Source: Candidatus Omnitrophota bacterium (lineage in GTDB: Bacteria; Omnitrophota; Omnitrophia; Omnitrophales; JACQLI01). From it: DNA of 64,000 nt. Made by a program: the position numbers and the translations under genes. The notes beneath the pieces were generated by a model. That model was not told the origin of the DNA. It ran no database searches and saw only the letters and a list, made by a program, of their open reading frames with translations. The stretch spans positions 789 to 64,788 of the forward strand of contig JACPCP010000012.1 of the NCBI GenBank assembly GCA_016179745.1. The letters run 5' to 3'. This document shows positions 1-7,500 of this stretch, piece after piece (the first letter of the stretch is position 1; each line of letters opens with the position of its first letter).

Positions 1-373
1 AACCCAAAAAGCCGTAGGTGTGAAGGTCACGCCCCTCGATCTCCTTCAGCTGTTCCTTATAAGTCGGATTTCGCTCGAGCCAGCCCAGCGGGGCGATCAT
101 TCCCAAAAGAAGCGCCATCTCGGCGTGCTCCGGGACATCCGACTGGACAAAGATCGTGCATTTCTTGGGATCGAGACCGCTTGCAAGGTAATCGATGGCC
201 ACCTCAATCACATTTTCCCGGATCTTGGTCTTCGATTCATACTCGGTCGTGAGGGCGTGCCAGTCGGCAATCATAAAGTAGGCGTCCTCGCCTTCGAGCT
301 TCTTGAAATTCTCCAGCGCCCCAAAGAGGTTCCCCAAGTGCAGCTTCCCCGTCGGCCTTGTCCCGCTCAGCAC
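1..373 (-). CDS. trpS: tryptophan--tRNA ligase, N-terminal ~124 codons (rest lies beyond window start)
   Basis: My translation of the minus strand from GTG 373..371 gives (M)LSGTRPTGKLHLGNLFGALENFKKLEGEDAYFMIADWHALTTEY...DPKKCTIFVQSDVPEHAEMALLLG...NPTYKEQLKEIEGRDLHTYGFLG. It has a class-I HIGH-type motif (HLGN) and a TrpRS-like IADxHALT block. The gene is truncated, so it is absent from the ORF track. Confidence 0.8.
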   Translation of the reverse strand, partial: MLSGTRPTGKLHLGNLFGALENFKKLEGEDAYFMIADWHALTTEYESKTKIRENVIEVAIDYLASGLDPKKCTIFVQSDVPEHAEMALLLGMIAPLGWLERNPTYKEQLKEIEGRDLHTYGFLG

Positions 374-374
374 C

Positions 375-611
375 CTAGCCACAATTCACCTTTGGAAATC
401 GAAGCCTTTTCCTTAAATCTGATCTCGAGATCATCAAGTCATTCCTGTCTCTAAGCCGATGTAAGGCAATCCGGCAATCGTCATCTTCAACCAGATAGAA
501 AAGAAGGGCTTTTTCGGCTAAAGCTGAAAGAGATGTCCTCTGTTTCAAGGCAATTTTCTTCAAGCGACTATGGAGCTTCCTATCAAGATGAACAGTGACC
601 CTTGCTGTCAT
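375..611 (-). CDS. ribbon-helix-helix (CopG/antitoxin-like) DNA-binding protein
   Basis: ORF track, 78 aa. The N-terminus VTVHLDRKLHSRLKKIALKQRTSLSALAEKALLFYL fits an RHH strand plus two helices. Its ATG overlaps the upstream toxin stop in ATGA (608..611). Confidence 0.5.
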   Translation of the reverse strand: MTARVTVHLDRKLHSRLKKIALKQRTSLSALAEKALLFYLVEDDDCRIALHRLRDRNDLMISRSDLRKRLRFPKVNCG

Positions 612-931
612 TGGGGAAGGGCTAGGGCAAACTTGAGTGCGTCTTCAACGGCTTGGAGTTTTCCATTTGAAAGAGTTGTAACCCGCTCTGTCAGTAATTT
701 TTTCGGAACCGTATTAATCACATCCAAATTAACCACACATTTCTTCGGCATCCCGTCTTCAGGGCCAAGGGGAACTTCCACGGGAATATTCCGAATCCTA
801 CTCGTCACCTCAGCTACCGTAACGGCGTCTCTGACCTGAACAGCCCGGTGCCGGGAAAGAATGACCACGGGATGTCGACCAATGGGCCTTGGTAAAGCAG
901 CCCACCAAACTTCTCCTCGTTCCATCACCAC
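608..931 (-). CDS. mazF: MazF/PemK-family mRNA interferase toxin
   Basis: ORF track, 107 aa. The sequence RGEVWWAALPRPIGRHPVVILSRH...VTVAEVTSRIRNIPVEVPL...KKCVVNLDVINTVPKKLL matches the PemK/MazF pattern (RGdiw..f.P..G.E...RPvvVls...vvvp.Ts......p.ev.l). It overlaps the upstream RHH gene by 7 nt. Confidence 0.75.
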   Translation of the reverse strand: MVMERGEVWWAALPRPIGRHPVVILSRHRAVQVRDAVTVAEVTSRIRNIPVEVPLGPEDGMPKKCVVNLDVINTVPKKLLTERVTTLSNGKLQAVEDALKFALALPQ

Positions 932-1182
932 TTCTCCCGTGTAAAGCTCACCAATCCTGCCCGGAACATTGGCTCAATGTCGGCAACACGCTCCGGTTTT
1001 CTTTGGTACCCCTTCACGTAACGCTCTTCAAGCTCCTCTTCTTCCTGTTTTTTAAGCCAAAGCTTCAATGCCTCATCGACGGCAACGCTTCGGGCAAGGC
1101 CAAGCGTATGCCTCCGGCGCTCCACACCCGCAAAAGTGCCTCTTGGCACGCTCACCGCAAATCGAGCCCTTCGTGGTTGCAT
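925..1182 (-). CDS. RHH antitoxin, MazE-like partner of the MazF-family toxin
   Basis: The ORF track lists 925..1191 with a GTG start. ATG at 1182..1180 is the likelier start because GGAGGTG lies 6 nt upstream. FAVSVPRGTFAGVERRRHTLGLARSVAVDEALKLWL is RHH-like. The acidic/aromatic C-terminal tail is typical of toxin-binding regions. Confidence 0.6.
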   Translation of the reverse strand: MQPRRARFAVSVPRGTFAGVERRRHTLGLARSVAVDEALKLWLKKQEEEELEERYVKGYQRKPERVADIEPMFRAGLVSFTREKW

Positions 1183-1218
1183 AGCTTTCACCTCCTCGTA
1201 ATACTCCAGTCTGAAAAA

Positions 1219-1247
1219 AGTATGTCTGATAGTATGCCTAAAGTCAA
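1219..1247 (-). promoter_or_regulatory. putative sigma70-type promoter of the RHH-mazF-RHH operon
   Basis: Minus strand reads TTGACT (1247..1242), a 17-nt spacer, then CATACT (1224..1219). It lies in the 62-nt gap between the stop at 1254 and the antitoxin gene. Confidence 0.4.
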
Positions 1248-1253
1248 GCTTGC

Positions 1254-3746
1254 TTACGCCGCCGATTCAAGGGAGCGGAATTCGGCGCTGAACTGGGCCA
1301 GAAGGGCCTGGTCGGCGGGCAGACTAAGAAGCTCGTTAAATTCGGCGGGCGGCTTGAGGGGATGACTTCCAAATCCGATGAACTGAATCTGAGCTTCCGG
1401 AATTCCCTTCCTTAATAAGGCAAACTCGGCCTGTTTCCGGCTGTCATAAGCCAGGAGCCGGAAAGCTCCAAGCTTCAGTGCACGATTCAACTTCTCAACG
1501 GTTTCACGCTGAACGTCCCTCTCCTCGGACTCGCCTTCGGTCACGACAGCCACCTGGAAGGAATCGCCGTATTGCTTCTTCAATAATCCAAAAAGCGGCC
1601 CCCATTTCTCAAACGCCGCCGCCTTCACAATCATCGCCCGCTTCGCATCTGCGGTCGAGGGAATCCCAGTAGCAAAGGGGACTGTCCCCTGCTTTTCTCC
1701 GGCGGAGGGGACTGTCCCCTTTGCTGCAAAAATTGATCTCCCGGAAACGGCTCTCTCCGCTTCCACAAGCGCCTCTTGCCACGCCCCCGCCTCCGGTGCC
1801 TCCCTCGCCACTGCATCGGGAATCCCGAACCGTTTAATGAAATCACGGCTGAAAATTCCGCCCAGGATCTGCAAGGCTACCCGGACTTCACTTCGATAAT
1901 TTACTCCTTGCGGATCACTTTCGCCTTCCAGCCGATCAGCAGTGAGGTGTCCGAGACTCATAAAGATTGTAAAGCTTGTGCCTTGACCCAAAGTACTATC
2001 AACCTTAATTTGACCGTCATACCCTTCAACATTTTTCTTAACTATACCCAGGCCTTCTCCCGTGCCCTTTATTCCCAACGGCTTTTTGGAAAAGTCCAGG
2101 CGCCAAATGTTTGGAAGGTCCTCCGGTGCAATCCCGTGGCCGGTATCCGAAATACGGATAAAATCACGTTCTCCCTGTCTTCCTGTTTCAATCGTAAGTT
2201 CTTTTCTCTCGCTCTCCTTCATTGCGTGAAGAGCGTTGTTAAAGAGGTTCGTCAACACTTGGATGAATATCTCTTTGTTCATTCCTGACGAAATCGGCTT
2301 GTTGGATCGGCTAACTTTTGCTGTCAAAATCAGGTTCTGCAGATCGACCCCGGCATCTTTCACTGCTATCACCGCCATAAACAAACTTTCCTGAAGAATG
2401 TTGACAAGCCGAGGATCAACTCTGCCCCAGTTGACTTCGGCAAACGTTCTGGTTTTCTTTCTAAGAATTTTATATCCAACACGAGGTTGGTTATTTCCTT
2501 CTTTGCTCCGCACCTCGGCGCGGCGGGCCTTATTGAGGTGTTGACGTATATGTATATTTGATTTATTATTCAGCATATGTTTAAGTTTTCGCCAAAGCAA
2601 CGTGAGAATACGACGAAGGTGGTCGTCAATCTGATCACCGTGGATGCCGCGACGCTTCTGGCTGGGAACCTCTTCAGCCAGAAGGGGTTTCATTTGCTCA
2701 TCTTCATCACGGGATGTATACTCCTTTTGCTTTTTTACCTTTGGGTGCTCTGGCTTGAGCCGGAATGAGGAGAAATGAGATGACGTTACAAGGGCAATGG
2801 ATGGCGATGGGTTCTCTGGTTTTCCTCGCTGCAGTAATAGGTTGCTTTGTACTTCTTGACTGGTTGAGCCGCCGACCCAAGCATTCCCACCACTAATCCT
2901 TCTTTCCATCCGCCGCACCTCGGCGCGGGACGAATCCGGTTTGCCAGTCCCCTCCAACTTTTTGCTCACCGCCGTCTTCTTTTCCTCGATGATCCCGTTC
3001 AATATTTGCGGGACACCCTCCAGCCTATGAGCTGTAACGCCGTAACCTTGAGCGATATGATGTCGTGCAAAGCTCTGTCCTTCTTCATACCATCCTTGCC
3101 CCTTCGCCAGGCGTATTGCTTCCTCCCCCATCAATCGCATGTCTCCCATCTGCTCAATCTCTCTCGCCTTGACTTTCCCAGAAATATCAGCCCTTGCTTT
3201 CAGTGCTTGCTCGACTTTCAGCAAAATTTGTAGTTCAAGCTGAGCAAAACGATCTCTTACAATTTTCTCGGCGATCTCCGGCTTTTCGCTGATAAAAGGA
3301 AGCAACAACAAAAGAAGGACCCCTTTTAGATCTGACTCCAGATTGAGATCGTTGATCACATCCGCCATCGCAAGAAGTTCTGAAACCTTTTCGTAGCGTG
3401 TCTCGTCAACCAAATGAACATGCTCTTCCGGCGTCCCTTTCCGCAACGGGAAATTCTCAATAAGCCACGCAAGGGCCGTCCCAAAATCGGTGAATTCCAA
3501 CCTCAGCTGATCCTGGGCCAGCGCCGTCGTAAGCAGCACCGTCAACTGGGCCAACATTCCCTGCTCTAAATCGCTTCGAATCGTTCCTGAATAGTTTGAA
3601 AACGCATCTTTCAGACTAAATGTCTCCGATCCCCTTTCTTTCCCTTCACTCCGCACCTCGGCGCGGCGGCCAGGGCTGGGTCGTTTGGCTAAAGCCTGCA
3701 CTTTGCCCAATAGCTGAAGTGAGAGGATGTGCGTTTCACGAAACAA
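1254..3746 (-). CDS. 830-aa multi-module protein (four punctuation motifs, HATPase_c module, conserved ...LESAA C-terminal module)
   Basis: ORF track (TTG start). The frame is actually open upstream to 3848. It has four in-frame R[SA]EVR copies. Its terminal module is paralogous to the end of ORF 4562..20122. Confidence 0.7.
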   Translation of the reverse strand: MFRETHILSLQLLGKVQALAKRPSPGRRAEVRSEGKERGSETFSLKDAFSNYSGTIRSDLEQGMLAQLTVLLTTALAQDQLRLEFTDFGTALAWLIENFPLRKGTPEEHVHLVDETRYEKVSELLAMADVINDLNLESDLKGVLLLLLLPFISEKPEIAEKIVRDRFAQLELQILLKVEQALKARADISGKVKAREIEQMGDMRLMGEEAIRLAKGQGWYEEGQSFARHHIAQGYGVTAHRLEGVPQILNGIIEEKKTAVSKKLEGTGKPDSSRAEVRRMERRISGGNAWVGGSTSQEVQSNLLLQRGKPENPSPSIALVTSSHFSSFRLKPEHPKVKKQKEYTSRDEDEQMKPLLAEEVPSQKRRGIHGDQIDDHLRRILTLLWRKLKHMLNNKSNIHIRQHLNKARRAEVRSKEGNNQPRVGYKILRKKTRTFAEVNWGRVDPRLVNILQESLFMAVIAVKDAGVDLQNLILTAKVSRSNKPISSGMNKEIFIQVLTNLFNNALHAMKESERKELTIETGRQGERDFIRISDTGHGIAPEDLPNIWRLDFSKKPLGIKGTGEGLGIVKKNVEGYDGQIKVDSTLGQGTSFTIFMSLGHLTADRLEGESDPQGVNYRSEVRVALQILGGIFSRDFIKRFGIPDAVAREAPEAGAWQEALVEAERAVSGRSIFAAKGTVPSAGEKQGTVPFATGIPSTADAKRAMIVKAAAFEKWGPLFGLLKKQYGDSFQVAVVTEGESEERDVQRETVEKLNRALKLGAFRLLAYDSRKQAEFALLRKGIPEAQIQFIGFGSHPLKPPAEFNELLSLPADQALLAQFSAEFRSLESAA
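1677..1689. repeat. GGGGAC-T-GTCCCC palindrome, copy a
   Basis: The sequence is ggggactgtcccc, with left arm extended (gcaaaggggac). It is read as K-G-T-V-P in the minus ORF. Confidence 0.85.
1707..1719. repeat. GGGGAC-T-GTCCCC palindrome, copy b
   Basis: The sequence is ggggactgtcccc, with right arm extended (gtcccctttgc). It lies 30 nt from copy a and is read as Q-G-T-V-P. Confidence 0.85.
1881..1895 (-). repeat. punctuation motif copy, peptide RSEVR, codon-diverged
   Basis: The + strand reads ccggacttcacttcg, which is cga agt gaa gtc cgg on the minus strand. It is in frame. Context NYRSEVRVAL. Confidence 0.8.
1950..2435 (-). other. HATPase_c (GHKL histidine-kinase-type ATPase) module without recognisable HisKA/H-box
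   Basis: N-box LTNLFNNALHA, G1 ISDTGHGI (D codon checked at 2147) and G2 GTGEGLGI are present. No phospho-acceptor His box is seen upstream within the module. Confidence 0.7.
2508..2522 (-). repeat. punctuation motif copy, RAEVR, canonical DNA
   Basis: The + strand reads ccgcacctcggcgcg(g). It is in frame. Context ARRAEVRSKE. Confidence 0.9.
2541..2569 (+). promoter_or_regulatory. putative +-strand promoter (cassette 3)
   Basis: TTGACG (2541..2546), a 17-nt AT-rich spacer, then TATTAT (2564..2569). It starts 18 nt after motif copy 2508. This is an AT-rich island in otherwise GC-rich DNA. Confidence 0.4.
2577..2768 (+). CDS. small (63 aa) hydrophobic-tailed protein, possibly leaderless, antisense to the 830-aa ORF
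   Basis: ORF track. The ATG lies 7 nt after the -10 box. The C-terminal HLLIFITGCILLLLFYLWVLWL looks like a TM helix. There is no homology support. Confidence 0.3.
   Translation: MFKFSPKQRENTTKVVVNLITVDAATLLAGNLFSQKGFHLLIFITGCILLLLFYLWVLWLEPE
2913..2927 (-). repeat. punctuation motif copy, RAEVR, canonical DNA
   Basis: The + strand reads ccgcacctcggcgcg(g). It is in frame. Context SSRAEVRRME. Confidence 0.9.
3651..3665 (-). repeat. punctuation motif copy, RAEVR, canonical DNA
   Basis: The + strand reads ccgcacctcggcgcg(g). The 20-mer tccgcacctcggcgcggcgg is identical to the one at 2507. Context GRRAEVRSEG. Confidence 0.9.
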
Positions 3747-4498
3747 CGTAATCTGCTTATCATAGGACTCAGACCATCTTCTCTCATTTCCGTTGGAAAA
3801 ACCATTTGAAGCGCTAAGTCCCTTGTGATGCCTGCCAATTTTTTCAGTTTATCCTTGAGAGAAACCATATCGGGCCTAAGATCCCTTTGTAACTCTTCTC
3901 TTGTTGCCTTCCGTCCGTCCATCCCTTCCTTAAAAGATTTACCAATCAAATCGACTACTCTTGTAATCTCTCTTTCCCATGCCTCTGCCATCAGCCGCTG
4001 ACGGATAATCCGCTCGCCCTGAGTCTTCAATTCCCTTCCGACCCTGAGACCCTTCCTCTCAGAAGATGAAGTTAATGTTTCTACCTGGCCGGCGGCTTCT
4101 TTGTGGGTCCTCTGCAAGAGTTTCCTCAGGAAACTCTGAACTTTTCTTTGAGAGCCACTCCGCACCTCGGCGCGGGAAAGGGAATTTTCCGGAATATTGG
4201 GAGATGCGCTTTTATCATCAAAAAGTATTTTATTTTTTATATTGACAGGGCCCCTTCTCCCCGTTAGAATCTCCCACGTTATGGATGATAATTTCACGCC
4301 CAGGGAAGTCGCAGTACTGGTGGAGGAACTCTGCAGTGAGTTTCGGACCGTTTCAGAAGTCGTGCGGCCGTTAAGGGAGGATATGGCCGATGTCAAAGAA
4401 CGGCTTACGACTCTTGAATTCAAAGTCCAATCGCTTGACGATGCGGTTCGCCTCTCAATCCCCGGCTTGAACAAGCGCGTTTCCCGCCTCGAAGTCAA
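3689..4498 (-). CDS. 269-aa open frame in phase with ORF 4562..20122 (continuation after a single TAA); N-terminal ~110 aa are the antisense image of the + gene 4281..4511
   Basis: ORF track (TTG start). It has the same codon phase as the 5,186-aa ORF and contains motif copy 4160. The part after the motif (SGSQRKVQSFLRKLL...) has normal composition. The part before it is Ser-rich low complexity. Confidence 0.3.
   Translation of the reverse strand: MTSRRETRLFKPGIERRTASSSDWTLNSRVVSRSLTSAISSLNGRTTSETVRNSLQSSSTSTATSLGVKLSSITWEILTGRRGPVNIKNKILFDDKSASPNIPENSLSRAEVRSGSQRKVQSFLRKLLQRTHKEAAGQVETLTSSSERKGLRVGRELKTQGERIIRQRLMAEAWEREITRVVDLIGKSFKEGMDGRKATREELQRDLRPDMVSLKDKLKKLAGITRDLALQMVFPTEMREDGLSPMISRLRCFVKRTSSHFSYWAKCRL
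4160..4174 (-). repeat. punctuation motif copy, RAEVR, canonical DNA
   Basis: The + strand reads ccgcacctcggcgcg(g). It is in frame. Context LSRAEVRSGS. Confidence 0.9.
4242..4270 (+). promoter_or_regulatory. +-strand sigma70-type promoter (cassette 1) with AT-rich upstream block
   Basis: TTGACA (4242..4247), a 17-nt spacer, then TAGAAT (4265..4270). The upstream block ttttatcatcaaaaagtattttattttttata matches the block at 12610..12641 at 32 of 38 positions. Confidence 0.65.
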
Positions 4499-4511
4499 AG
4501 CCGGGATCTGA
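4281..4511 (+). CDS. small (76 aa) coiled-coil protein, paralogue of 12714..13154; near-leaderless
   Basis: The ATG lies 10 nt after the -10 box. MDDNFTPREVAVLVEELCSEFRTVSEVV...LEFKVQSLDDAV aligns with MDAYTVTEVGTLLEEIRTDVKRIAEG... of the second cassette. It is convergent with the end of ORF 4562..20122. Confidence 0.55.
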   Translation: MDDNFTPREVAVLVEELCSEFRTVSEVVRPLREDMADVKERLTTLEFKVQSLDDAVRLSIPGLNKRVSRLEVKAGI

Positions 4512-4537
4512 CTTTCGTCGAACCTCTGACCTGTCCC

Positions 4538-4567
4538 CTTACGCTTCCTTACGCCGAAGTCTTACGC
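4538..4567 (-). repeat. three copies of GCGTAAG (minus strand) placing TAA in all three phases
   Basis: The + strand has cttacgc at 4538, 4548 and 4561. On the minus strand TAA falls at 4564 (phase of ORF2), 4551 and 4541, so the three stops are in three different phases within 26 nt. Confidence 0.8.
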
Positions 4568-7500
4568 CGCCGTTTCGAGGGCACGGTAGAGTTCGGCGTA
4601 GCGCTCAAGGGCGCCGGCAAGGACCTCTGAATAATAGGAAAGGTAAGCCTGGGTTTCCCGCTGGACCCTCTGCCAATCGAGATCCTGAATGATCCGCTTG
4701 AGAAGCGCTTGGTCCCCTTCAAGCCCAAGGGCCTCGATTCGGCTGAAATTTCGCAGGCGCACCGCTACTGAAGGTCCTTCGAGCACAAGAATCTGAGACC
4801 CCTCCAGTGCCTGGCTCAATTCAATCGCCACCTTTCGGGCCACGTCCGCCTCCGCTCGATCTTCCGGCGCCACCACAAAAATCTCCGGCAAAGGGGACTG
4901 TCCCCTTTGCTGCCCGAGTGCCACGAGGAACGCCCCCGCCTTTGCAAACATCTCGGGTCCGACCACAAACGCAGTCTTCGCACCCGTCTGTCGTATCGTC
5001 ATTGCGAGGAATCCCGTCGTCACCTCACGAGCAATCGTCCTAAACGCCCCCGCCTCCGGCCCCTCCGCCGCCACCGCTTCCGGAACTACGAAGAGCTCGG
5101 GGAATTTTACAAGATCTTCGGGCCGATAAATTCTCCCAAGCAGCCTCTCTGCCACACGGCGCACTGTGTCAAAGCGAACTTCCGCCCTTTTTTCCGTTTC
5201 CTCGCTACCTCTCCTCTCTTCCTTTTCTTTCTTGGCGGATTCCTGTTGCTTTTCAAGAAAGGATAGTCCCTCGTTAACAAATTTCTTCACAGTTGTTCCA
5301 GTCCCCTTTGGTGAACGCCAAATGGGGAGCTCACGGAATTGCTCACCTGTAAGTGGAGTAAGACCTTTTTGCTTTCTTACACGATTCACGAAATTAAATA
5401 TGTCCACCGGGTTGTCAAATTGTACTTTTCCTTGTTTGTTAAAATGACGCAGGAGTCTTTCCCACGCATCCTTTTTCATTCTTCGTTCACGCTCCCTTTT
5501 TTTCGCCTCCGTCTTCATCCCCGCCCGAGTCTTCACATACTCAAGGTTATTGCTAATCCTTTGCCGCCGAAACCTAAGACGATCGCCCTGCCTTGTGGGC
5601 TGGTCTTGTTGCGCATCAATAATCTGTCGGAACAATTCTTTCTGAGTTCGTTTCTTTTCGTCATCTGTGCCCCGTACCTCGGCGCGCTGGACTGCCTCAT
5701 CTAACGGTAACCTCCCGACTTGGGTGGGTCTTCTTCCAACCATCAGAAGAATCATATTCCCCGACCTCCCCGGCAACCGCTTCGGGGAAATAACGGGGAC
5801 TAGTGACAGTTCCGTAAATCCGGCCCGTCTCCGTAACTTCCCTAGTATCGTCTCACCGATAACGTTCGGGCTGAAAATTTGAGCTGCCGCCTCGGGATAA
5901 ACGTAGTGGAACGCCAGCAGGTGATCCGTAAGACGGGAAGTATTCTTAGTCCGAATCAAATTTTGAATCTCCCCATAATATCTCGGCCATGCTTCGCTCC
6001 CCTCACCTTGAACTTGATTGGGGATCTTTTGCGCCAGAAGAAGAATAGTGCTGGGCTCGCCAATTTCCCCTGTCATCTCCTCAATCACCGGATAATGCTT
6101 CCCCACTTCTTCGTAGGCGTGCCCCATGACTCCTTGGCCACCCCAAAGGGCGTCCACAGAAACCTGAAGATCGGTGATTTTCCGATCCTTCTTATTCAGG
6201 TTGGCGAAAAAATAGGCCACCGCTTCTTTCTTCTCAACCCCTGAACCGGACAAATGAAAAATTTCGACCCAGAGAATTGCTTGCGATTCATTGGTTTGAA
6301 GTCTCCGGATCTGAAATTGTTTCGTCGGCAACTCCTTGAATTCAAATTTAAAGTCTGGGAGCTCTTTTGCGACAAACTGGAACCGTTCTCCCTTCTTTGA
6401 ACTCCATTCGCTTTTGAAGACCGAAGTCGGCCCTTCCCTATTCACTAAGATCCCAAGCGCCTCGGGAGCATAAACCGTGTATGCTTGCGCCCGCACCTCG
6501 GCGCGGGAGGAAGAAGGTCTGAAAAATTTACGGTCGAGGATGCGGCGGCTGCCGTACATCCAGGTGCTGAGAAAAGCGCGGATCAGGCCCCAGCGGCGGG
6601 CGCGATCAAAATAAATTTCACGGCCGCCGACGTGAATGGCGTAATTTTTTTTCGGGACGCCGAAGTAGTCCAAGGCCGCTTCGAGTTCTGCGATCCTTTT
6701 GACACCGTCCGTCGTTCCCTCATCCCGCCCGTCCGAGGCCCCGAAAAAGACAAATTTGTCCACGCCGTTCTTCTTAAAATACTCAATGAGTCGATACAAC
6801 TGCTGCATCGAGGCGTGCACCCCGACGATCCCTTCCTGAAAAATCCCCGTCATCGGCATAAAACCGAGCCTCTTGGCAGCTTTTAAGGCACTCTGAATCG
6901 CCGGACTCCGGGATAACTCCCCGCCTTCGAAGGCCTCATCCGCAAGCACGATGTATTGGTCCACGATACGGCCGGCCCCGAAGGTCCAGAGGTTGAATTC
7001 CGTGCTTCCTTTCTGAACCGGGCTAAAATGCCGCACGACGGCCTTTCCCCGCCTGACTTCCAGATTGACGTGGCGATCGTTTAGATACGGACTTCGTCGC
7101 AGCCTCAGAAGTCCCTCCGGACGCCGGTCGACCCGCCGCTTACCGGTATCCTGATCGATGAAAACAATTTCTCGCAGGCTGCGATCCCGTTCGATTTGCC
7201 GCGTGACAATTCTCCGGCTTCTTGAGAGGGGGTACTGGGGATTTAAGTCCAGCCGGCCGCGAAGACCGGCCGGCCGTCCCGCTGCCGGCACCGTGACGTT
7301 GGGGGCTTCTTGAAGGAGACGCTGAAGCGTCGGCAGGAGGCCCGCGTCCAAGGCCTGCTGGGTGAGGTTAAACGCCGGATCATTTCCCTTTTCACCCTTC
7401 GGCGCAAATCCGTCCGTAATGAGAAAAACGCCCGGCCGGTCTCGCCGTCCCTGAACCCCATCCGGCAGAAAACTTTCTCCCGTCATTGCCTCTGGAATCT

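Noticed and set aside
20-454. I considered the + ORF of 144 aa at the window start as a possible gene.
   Set aside because: It is antisense to the well-supported trpS N-terminus and the RHH gene. Its composition and sequence are unlike any family I recognise.
4175-4498. I considered the N-terminal ~110 aa of ORF 3689..4498 as a genuine protein domain.
   Set aside because: It is Ser/Thr/Leu-rich low complexity that mirrors the + strand coiled-coil gene 4281..4511 and its promoter. The frame may still be read through, but it does not look like an independently evolved domain.
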